NCBI GenBank assembly: GCA_048013815.1 | Contig: CM106586.1 | Location: forward strand, 372,001 to 436,000 | Direction of reading: 5' to 3' | From: Setoptus koraiensis | Taxonomy: Eukaryota; Animalia; Arthropoda | DNA length: 64,000 bases | In this document: piece after piece, positions 11,501-19,659 of the stretch | How positions within the stretch are numbered: position 1 is the first letter of the stretch | Layout: each line of letters opens with the position of its first letter | Program-made: the position numbers and the translations under genes | Notes under the pieces: model-generated | What the model was told of the DNA's origin: nothing | The model's database searches: none | What the model saw: only the letters and a program-made list of their open reading frames with translations

Positions 11501-11726
11501 ATCATGTGGCACACTACAGAACACACCAAACAACAGGATTCAAATGTACGCGCGCTCCGCCGCAGCGCCATGTGTTCGTCAACCACGCTGCCCCGCAGCG
11601 CCTCGCATCGGGAATAAGTTGCAACACAATAATGACCACGCAATCAGGCGCCAAGCAGTCTGATATCACTGGCACGATATTGAGACGAACTGATGGCCCC
11701 AACAGGCCAACTAAACTGAGTAATTT

Positions 11727-12544
11727 TTAGCGCGTAATTTTAATTAAGTAGCTACTGGGGTAGTGATGATGGATACGTTTATTCACGTGACTATGTAATC
11801 CTATGGAGGTTTGACTTAGTCAAATTTGTGAGAATCCTGCTAGACATTACACATGTATTCCTATCTAGATTCGACTTGGTCTATTATCGCTTCACTCTAA
11901 AATATTTCGTATGCAATCCTGTGGAGATTTGACTAGGTCACATTTGTGCGGAGTTCGGTGGTGACAAATCGAACTTCAAAATTGCGAATTCGAATTTCTT
12001 ATAAGAATTTCATCTGCTCGTTCGATGTTCGATGGTCAGTGTTCTTAGTTCGATGGTCAGTGTTCTTAGTTCGATGGTCAGAATTCGATGGTCGAAATTC
12101 GAAATTGAAAATTCGGATTTCTTATAAGAATTTCATCTGCTCGTTCGATGTTCGATGGTCACAATTCGATGGTCAGAGTTCGATTGTCACAATTCGATGG
12201 TCACAATTCGAACTTCGAAATTTGAAAATTGAAAATTCGAATTTCTGATGACAGTTCCATCTGCTCGTTTGATGTTCGGTGGTCAGTGTTCGATGGTCAC
12301 AGTTCGAAGTTCGGTGGTAACAATTTGAAGTTCGAAGATTGAAAATTCGAATTTCCGAAACCAGTTCCAGGTGCTCGTACAGAGTTCGATGGTCACATGT
12401 CGAAGTTCGATGGTCGCATTTCGAACTTCGAAATTCAAAATTGATGCACTATAGCAAAGTGTGCGCCATTGACTCATTGGTGTGTCTAACTTAATTACAT
12501 CATTGCGGCGAAACGGACTATTAGAATCTTACTAAATTCCACAC
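11727..12544 (+). mobile_element. Helentron-like non-autonomous element (HINE), TTCGAA-rich family, 5' part
   Basis: Starts TTAGCGCGTAATTTTAATTAAG after a T run; inverted homolog of 26290-27524; cut by the copia LTR at 12545. Confidence 0.6.
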
Positions 12545-12657
12545 TGTAATGATAACTAACTGTGGTGTACGATAATACATTTTATTGTGTGTGTTATGAT
12601 TGACAATGTGAGCACTTATATATCAGTAATAGTATATTCTTGCACATGCGTACAACA
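12545..12657 (-). repeat. C1 3' LTR (113 bp)
   Basis: Minus strand TGTTGTA...ATTACA, preceded by PPT GAGAGGGG (12667-12660); 39/45 identical to the 5' LTR at the U5 end. Confidence 0.7.
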
Positions 12658-13175
12658 TACCCCTCTCAAGACATATACTATTACTGGTAATATTCGACAA
12701 TTTTAACTTTCTTGATGCACTTTATTCGTTGGACTGGCCTATGGGTTTTTATGGTCATACCCTCCTCTCCATTCTGTTTGTCAGGAGATGCTTTCCCATC
12801 GTTTAGCGGCACATCAGTCCCTTCAGTTGGTTTGCAGGTACTTTCATCGTCCGAAGAACCAAATATCTCTTTTATAAGTTTTTGTGTATCTTTAATTGAG
12901 TTTAATGAAGAGCTCGAACTTTCTGAAAGTCGTCTTGTTTTATTTATATTAGTTGTGCTTTGCATGTTTGTTGTATCTGTTGATTGCATCTTTGTGACGA
13001 TTACTATTATACTGTTATCGATAACGAATATTAATATCTGTATTATACTATTGTTATTGGTGATGATTATGAATCTGTACTATTATACTATTATTGATGA
13101 TTATAATTGTATTAGCAATGTGTTGTCATCCGGTATTACAATTGTTATGAATATGTTGATAATAAGACCGTAAAT

Positions 13176-16100
13176 TTACATTCGTGATGTTTGGACTTGC
13201 CGTGTTCGTCCTCTCCTGTTTACTAATGGTTGACAAAGAGTACACCTCACTGGAGGTGTTGGTGTTGGTGTTAGTGTTTCAGACGGTCTCTTTAATCTGT
13301 AGTAGATAGCAGTGAAAATGATGATAGTATATAGTACAAAACCCAACGCCACCCAATGCCAATGGACACTTTGTTTTATATTCACTATATGTTGTTCTTC
13401 CATCTGCTTTAAGGTGTCTAGTTGCATTTTCAACTGTTGCTGATTCAGTATCATGTCTCGCTCATTTAAGTTGATTGTATCTGGATCGTCATAGTGTGTA
13501 TTGTCGACTACAGTTTCTCTTTTGGTGATGTTAAGCTCTACTGACACCGATTCCATCTCCAAGCTGCCAGTTTTGAAGTTGATATTCACTGGTAACTTGA
13601 ATGCATAGGGAGGACAAAATTGAGTTTGATTGTGTATCGTTATGTTACTAGGATAACAATAAATGTAATTGTAGACCCTAGTAACTTTCACTTGTGGTTC
13701 GGTGTCATTAAAATTTCTCACATCTCTGACCACTACCCATTTGTTCAGTTGTGGATCCAAATAATTCTGCTTGTTGCATCGTTCAGCTATTAATTGAGCT
13801 TTATTATCAACAACTGCTCTTCGACAATTGTGCTCTTCATCATAAAGAACATATGTTTTACCTACATATGCCATCAATTGTGGAGGTGATTGCATCAAGT
13901 TCCAATAGTTGAATGCATCAATTTCATATACTTTCGCTCCAGGGTGTTCTAATATTACAGCGAAATGTATATGCAAGCTTTCGCCATTGTCACATTCTTC
14001 CGCTGAAATAAAATCTGTATGTTCAACATTAAAGCTGAAGAAATCAATGTTGATATTGTTGTACATTAGAGGTGTTGAATAGTTCAGATTCATTATATGC
14101 CCAATCTCCTTCATTGCTACTCGACCTTGTTTTGCCTTGTCAATTATGACCTTCAGTCGGTCGCCATTCTGGTGGATCTCATTTAGTACACCTATCATTG
14201 TGAACACCTGATCATGGACGATCCAGTGTTCATCATATTGCTTCTTCAATTTATATATATTTTCGTTTGTGATACCCATGTTTGTGACAAGTTTAGTGAC
14301 AATATCATTTGTTACCGATTGTTTCTTTTCATACTCTCTTAACAGGTCATAAATGTGTGCTTTTGACTTCGTATATCCAATATACACAGAGCACATCGCA
14401 AATGATACTAGATTGGTTAATATTTGGTAACCTATTTTTGTAACCCCCGACATCATACCTATTTGCCTACGCTTTCGAGCTCGGTGTAACTTTCCTAATT
14501 CTTTTATATTGTTCTTCCATTCAGACCTATACTGCTCTTGACATTTCTTTTTGGCATCGTAGTGCGGAAACGAATTTGTGTGGTTTTTAAATTCATCACA
14601 TGGATTTAGCCACATCAGTAGCAATTTAAACTCAACTCGTCTTCCATATACGATTTTGTCAGTCGAACGCCAGATAATGGGTTCGCTTTTGTCTAGGACT
14701 CTCATTTCACAACTCGAAACGAAGCACAAGGAAGCGATGATAACTGTAACTATGGTATTAATTAATGTGGCCCTTGTCAAGACACGGTCTCTATTGTATA
14801 CGAAATCTCTTACGTATTGTGGTTTAGTAAGAGAGTCCGCCAGTTGTTGCTGCGTTGGCACATATACAATATCTATTTCGCCATTTTCGACTTTCTCTCG
14901 TGGGTAAGCAGCCCGAACAGACATATGTCTAGTTCGGTGACTCACTTTCTCATTCAACGCGAGCCGAATAGTGCTCTGATTATCACACATGAGCCTTGTG
15001 GGTGCTTTTTCGATCATATTTAATTCGATCGCCATCTTCCTTAGCCAGATCACATCTTTAACTGCTGAGCACAGACTCACCAACTCAGCTTCGGTTGATG
15101 AAAGTGTGATAAGTTTCTGCTTTTGAGATTTCCAATGTATCGGCCCACCTGAAAGCATAACCAATATACCAGAAGTCGACTTTGATGTTGTTTCGTCCCC
15201 TGCAAAATCGGCATCACAAAATGCATGTAGACTGGATGAATTCGAATATAGAATGCCATAGTCCACCGTCCCTTTTAGATATCGCAAAATTCTCTTGACG
15301 GCTTGCCAGTCTGTTTCTGTTGGACTGCACACTTTACAGCTCGTCTTCATTACTGGAAACATTATGTCGGGCCGTGTAGTAACAGCTACATACATAAGAG
15401 ACCCAATTGCCTCTCTGTATTTTACTTCTGCAGCAAGTGTTGCTGAATTCACTGATTTAGTTTGTGCCACAACGGGCGACGTTACCGGGGTACAATTTTC
15501 CATACCAAATGTTTTCAGTATGGTCTTTATATAGCTGGACTGGTGTAGAAATATTCCTTCATCATTCAATTTAATTTCAAACCCAAGATAAGTTGTAAGT
15601 TGCACTTCATGGATCTCAAACTCATCTTTCATGCGCTTGATGATACTTGTGATTAGTTCTTGGTTTTCCGCAAGAAGTAGACCATCGTCTACATATATTG
15701 CAAGGACTACAAGTGGTTGTAGTTTGAAAAACACACACTTGTCGTTATCAGACATATGTAGATCCAGTGACAATATAAAATTAGTAAATCTCCGATTCCA
15801 CATACGTGGGCTCTGTTTCAGCCCGTAGATGCTTCTCTTCAATAGACACACTTTATTTTCATCTTTTGCAAAGCCTCTCGGTTGCTCCATAAATATTGTT
15901 TCGTCAAGTTTACCGTATAAGAAGGCCGTCTTCACATCAAACCCTGAGACTTTCAACTTTTTAGCAGCTGCAAATGCAAATAGTGTTCTTATTGTGGGCA
16001 TAGATGCCACCGGCGCATAAGTTTCATGGTAGTCAAAGCCAGGCACCTGCGAGAAGCCTCTCGCAACCAATCGGGCTTTGTACCTAAGAATATTTCCACT

Positions 16101-18899
16101 TGGTTTCCGCTTTACCACAAAAATCCAACGATTTGTGACAATATTAGTATCTAGAGGTCGGTCAACTAACTCCCAGACTTCATTACTATGCATGGATTTT
16201 ATTTCTTCATGCATTGCCTGAAGCCAGTTATCTTTATCTGGACGCGACATGGCTTCTTCAAATGATTTAGGATCATCTGCTGTCTCAGTTGTTACTAATA
16301 GTTGATAGGGTTCATGTACCACAGTTTGTTGCGACGAATCAGCATTTTCCACAGTAAGTTCGCCGTCAATATTCGAGCTGATCCGTTGATGAATACACGG
16401 CTGACTCATCGATAACATTTTGTCAGCACTGTCTGAGTCTTTCTTGTTGAACTTGATGAATCTACCTAGACCGACATTGACACGTTTTAATAGGCTTTTT
16501 GGAGTTGATGATTTTATGTTCTCCCTAATTGTATTATCAAGCTCCACACTACTCAGTTCAGATTCCGTTTCACTGTTGATACAAATTTCATCATCATTTT
16601 CATCATTAGCATTTGTTTGTGGAATATCTTGTTCATTATAATTCTGGTTTGATGAGTTTTCGTCAGTAGAAGATTCAATAATATTGATTTCTGTATTACA
16701 CTGTTTAGGTTCACTAATCAATGTCGCACAAATAGATTCACTGCGTTCTTGATCTGCTGATATAGGAGAAGATGGCATTTGATTTTCATCACAAAATCGA
16801 GCATCACAACTGCTCAATATTTTCTTCCCATCGTAGAATCTGTACGAATTCGACCTCTTCGTGTACCCCACAAACTTTACTCTGATTCCCCTCGGATCAA
16901 ACTTCTCTTTATAATTTTGATCATAAATTATTGCTTCTTGACCAAATATGCGAAGATTCGATACATCCGGCTTGTGTCCTGTCCACATTTCAAACGGAGT
17001 AGCCGATCTATTTTTGCTGCACGTCGTGCGATTGAGAATATATATGCTTGTTGCCACTGCCTCATCCCAAAGTGATTTTGGCAATCCTGACGCAATTAAC
17101 AATGTTCTACTACTTTCAATAACTGTTCTGACATCTCTCTCCACAAATCCGTTTTGTTGGTGCATGTACGGTAGCGATCTGTCATGTATAATACCATGCT
17201 CGAGTAGATAGGATGACAGACTTTTATTGACAAATTCGCTACCGTTGTCAGTGCTTAATTTCAACACATCATTCCCGGTCGCCAACTTGGCTTCAGAAAT
17301 CATGAGTTTCACTTGGTCGGCCACTTCGCTTTTTGAGGATAAGAAGGCACCCATTCGATAGTTCGAAATCTCGTCTTTGCAGAGAAGAAAGTATAAATTT
17401 CCATTAATACTCTTGTTGTTTATCAATACGACCGTATCAATATGCAATGATTGCCCTGGTTTCATATGTTGATCCATTTGTCGTGACGGGTGTGGTACAT
17501 GAGTACATTTTCCAATCGCACACTGAACACACTTGGGATTTGTCTGTTCACATAATTCCAGCCCTGTTACAATCTCGTTTTTCGCCATAGCTTTGATAGT
17601 TTCATGTGCAACATGGCCGAATCGTCTATGCCAGTTCTCTAATGTAGTTGCTACCAACGCCACTGGTTGTATTGGAATATTGACATGTATATCAAGCATA
17701 TATATACCAGAACGTAACTTGCCACTCAGAACCACATTGCCATTTTTAATCAATTTAACATCTTGCATGCTATATTGCACCACCATGTTTTGTTGTGTTG
17801 CGGCTCGTATTGAGAATAAATTGGTCACTAGATTCGGAACATAGTATACATTTTCTATGTAGCCGACATCCGACTCAATCCTACCCCATCCCAAAGCAAC
17901 CATGTTGTTATTGTTTCCCAACCTTATCTCCTGCTCTGGTTCAAATTTAGTAAAACTTTTAAACCAGTTTCTATTTGGCGACATGTGGTTGCTGCTACCA
18001 CTATCCGCCACCCAGATACCTCGATCCAACTTGACTGTTGACACAACAGCCATAAATGATACAATATTGCCCGCAGGCGACGAATCGTGTTCCTCTTCCC
18101 GACGTCTCTGGCCGTGTTGATCCTCTTCACGCCTCTTCTTGTTTTGTAACTTCGTACACTCCCGAACCCAGTGCCCTGGTTTCTTGCAATAATTGCAAAT
18201 GTTGTTGACGTTATTTGCACTGGTCGGTCTACTGGATGCGTGCGCGATCAAGGCCACGGCGTCTGACTCCCGAGACAACTCCTTGGAGTGGGCAATCACA
18301 TGAGAAATTAGGTGATTGAGAGTCCTTTCTGTACTACTTAACAATTTAAATGCCATTAGGAGGTTATTAAAACCTTCCGGCAATGCATTCATTATTATGC
18401 TCATGAGTGCATCATCTGATACAGTTTCCCCCAATAACTTTAGCTTTTGGGCTGTAGTCTGAACCTCCATTAACATCTTCGGCACTTCCGTAACTCTCTC
18501 TATTCTGTATGAATGTAGTTTCCCCAATAATTCTTGTTTCTCAAACGTTGTCTTATTCTCATACACAATTTCTAGCCTCTGCCACGCGTCAAACGCAGTC
18601 TCACAACCAACAACCAAAGCCATGTTCTCTTGGCTTAAAGCCGAACCTATCAACGCTAGTGCTTGTCGACTCGTCGTCTCATCAGTATCTGCAGTATTTA
18701 TGGCTGAATACAACTGTTTTGCTTTCAAGACATTCAATAACTGCCATTTCCATGTGACATAATTGTCTTGTTCTAACTTATCAACTTTGAACTCCAGCTT
18801 CTGAGCACTAACACTTATGTTCGCACCAATATTACTAACTACACCATCTGAGTCTTCTCCTAACCCACCGGTTTCCATATTTACGACTCTTATATCCAA
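13176..18899 (-). CDS. Copia gag-pol-env polyprotein, uninterrupted (1907 codons from TTG; first ATG at 18878)
   Basis: CNYCKKPGHWVREC, WVADSGSSNHM, WHRRFGH..CVQC, LHIDT/TDNGSEF/NGFVER, KARLVARGFSQ, YGLKQSP, YVDD, FCDADFAG, ADSLTK; then signal-like segment, RARKRR and C-terminal TM helix. Confidence 0.95.
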   Translation of the reverse strand: MDIRVVNMETGGLGEDSDGVVSNIGANISVSAQKLEFKVDKLEQDNYVTWKWQLLNVLKAKQLYSAINTADTDETTSRQALALIGSALSQENMALVVGCETAFDAWQRLEIVYENKTTFEKQELLGKLHSYRIERVTEVPKMLMEVQTTAQKLKLLGETVSDDALMSIIMNALPEGFNNLLMAFKLLSSTERTLNHLISHVIAHSKELSRESDAVALIAHASSRPTSANNVNNICNYCKKPGHWVRECTKLQNKKRREEDQHGQRRREEEHDSSPAGNIVSFMAVVSTVKLDRGIWVADSGSSNHMSPNRNWFKSFTKFEPEQEIRLGNNNNMVALGWGRIESDVGYIENVYYVPNLVTNLFSIRAATQQNMVVQYSMQDVKLIKNGNVVLSGKLRSGIYMLDIHVNIPIQPVALVATTLENWHRRFGHVAHETIKAMAKNEIVTGLELCEQTNPKCVQCAIGKCTHVPHPSRQMDQHMKPGQSLHIDTVVLINNKSINGNLYFLLCKDEISNYRMGAFLSSKSEVADQVKLMISEAKLATGNDVLKLSTDNGSEFVNKSLSSYLLEHGIIHDRSLPYMHQQNGFVERDVRTVIESSRTLLIASGLPKSLWDEAVATSIYILNRTTCSKNRSATPFEMWTGHKPDVSNLRIFGQEAIIYDQNYKEKFDPRGIRVKFVGYTKRSNSYRFYDGKKILSSCDARFCDENQMPSSPISADQERSESICATLISEPKQCNTEINIIESSTDENSSNQNYNEQDIPQTNANDENDDEICINSETESELSSVELDNTIRENIKSSTPKSLLKRVNVGLGRFIKFNKKDSDSADKMLSMSQPCIHQRISSNIDGELTVENADSSQQTVVHEPYQLLVTTETADDPKSFEEAMSRPDKDNWLQAMHEEIKSMHSNEVWELVDRPLDTNIVTNRWIFVVKRKPSGNILRYKARLVARGFSQVPGFDYHETYAPVASMPTIRTLFAFAAAKKLKVSGFDVKTAFLYGKLDETIFMEQPRGFAKDENKVCLLKRSIYGLKQSPRMWNRRFTNFILSLDLHMSDNDKCVFFKLQPLVVLAIYVDDGLLLAENQELITSIIKRMKDEFEIHEVQLTTYLGFEIKLNDEGIFLHQSSYIKTILKTFGMENCTPVTSPVVAQTKSVNSATLAAEVKYREAIGSLMYVAVTTRPDIMFPVMKTSCKVCSPTETDWQAVKRILRYLKGTVDYGILYSNSSSLHAFCDADFAGDETTSKSTSGILVMLSGGPIHWKSQKQKLITLSSTEAELVSLCSAVKDVIWLRKMAIELNMIEKAPTRLMCDNQSTIRLALNEKVSHRTRHMSVRAAYPREKVENGEIDIVYVPTQQQLADSLTKPQYVRDFVYNRDRVLTRATLINTIVTVIIASLCFVSSCEMRVLDKSEPIIWRSTDKIVYGRRVEFKLLLMWLNPCDEFKNHTNSFPHYDAKKKCQEQYRSEWKNNIKELGKLHRARKRRQIGMMSGVTKIGYQILTNLVSFAMCSVYIGYTKSKAHIYDLLREYEKKQSVTNDIVTKLVTNMGITNENIYKLKKQYDEHWIVHDQVFTMIGVLNEIHQNGDRLKVIIDKAKQGRVAMKEIGHIMNLNYSTPLMYNNINIDFFSFNVEHTDFISAEECDNGESLHIHFAVILEHPGAKVYEIDAFNYWNLMQSPPQLMAYVGKTYVLYDEEHNCRRAVVDNKAQLIAERCNKQNYLDPQLNKWVVVRDVRNFNDTEPQVKVTRVYNYIYCYPSNITIHNQTQFCPPYAFKLPVNINFKTGSLEMESVSVELNITKRETVVDNTHYDDPDTINLNERDMILNQQQLKMQLDTLKQMEEQHIVNIKQSVHWHWVALGFVLYTIIIFTAIYYRLKRPSETLTPTPTPPVRCTLCQPLVNRRGRTRQVQTSRM

Positions 18900-18973
18900 A
18901 CCAAACTATTTAAACACAATTGACGAATTTGATGTACACACTAATTTCAACACATGAGTTCTGAACAACACCG

Positions 18974-18985
18974 CTTCTGACACCA
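18974..18985 (-). promoter_or_regulatory. Primer-binding site of C1, probably tRNA-Leu(CAA)
   Basis: TGGTGTCAGAAG directly after LTR end ATTACA; complementary to the ...CTTCTGACACCA 3' end known for metazoan tRNA-Leu(CAA). Confidence 0.7.
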
Positions 18986-19149
18986 TGTAATATTAATTAA
19001 CTGTGGTATACAATGATACATTTTATTGTGAATATATTTTCAAAGAACTCTTTCCTTTTATATGCCTTGAATGTTGTAATGTTGTTGTGTACATGACACT
19101 CGATGCAACAGCGCATAAGAGTATATGCGCACACAACAACATTACAACA
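18986..19149 (-). repeat. C1 5' LTR (about 164 bp)
   Basis: Minus strand TGTTGTA...ATTACA, adjacent to the PBS; the outer boundary is inferred from the shared TACAACA terminus. Confidence 0.6.
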
Positions 19150-19159
19150 CGAACGCACC

Positions 19160-19659
19160 NNNNNNNNNNNNNNNNNNNNNNNNNNNNNNNNNNNNNNNNN
19201 NNNNNNNNNNNNNNNNNNNNNNNNNNNNNNNNNNNNNNNNNNNNNNNNNNNNNNNNNNNNNNNNNNNNNNNNNNNNNNNNNNNNNNNNNNNNNNNNNNNN
19301 NNNNNNNNNNNNNNNNNNNNNNNNNNNNNNNNNNNNNNNNNNNNNNNNNNNNNNNNNNNNNNNNNNNNNNNNNNNNNNNNNNNNNNNNNNNNNNNNNNNN
19401 NNNNNNNNNNNNNNNNNNNNNNNNNNNNNNNNNNNNNNNNNNNNNNNNNNNNNNNNNNNNNNNNNNNNNNNNNNNNNNNNNNNNNNNNNNNNNNNNNNNN
19501 NNNNNNNNNNNNNNNNNNNNNNNNNNNNNNNNNNNNNNNNNNNNNNNNNNNNNNNNNNNNNNNNNNNNNNNNNNNNNNNNNNNNNNNNNNNNNNNNNNNN
19601 NNNNNNNNNNNNNNNNNNNNNNNNNNNNNNNNNNNNNNNNNNNNNNNNNNNNNNNNNNN
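19160..19659. other. Scaffold gap (500 N)
   Basis: Run of N. Confidence 1.

Larger units (their letters stand above)
12545..19149 (-). mobile_element. Ty1/copia LTR retrotransposon C1 with fused env-like domain
   Basis: PBS, single ORF in copia order (gag-PR-IN-RT-RH) plus glycoprotein, PPT and two LTR-like ends. Confidence 0.93.

Noticed and set aside
11946-12477. Short ORFs in TTCGAA-rich repeats (also 25930-27207)
   Set aside because: Repetitive translations without recognisable domains.
18974-18985. tRNA gene
   Set aside because: Only a 12-13 nt primer-binding complement; no cloverleaf. The same applies at 31569 and 60050.
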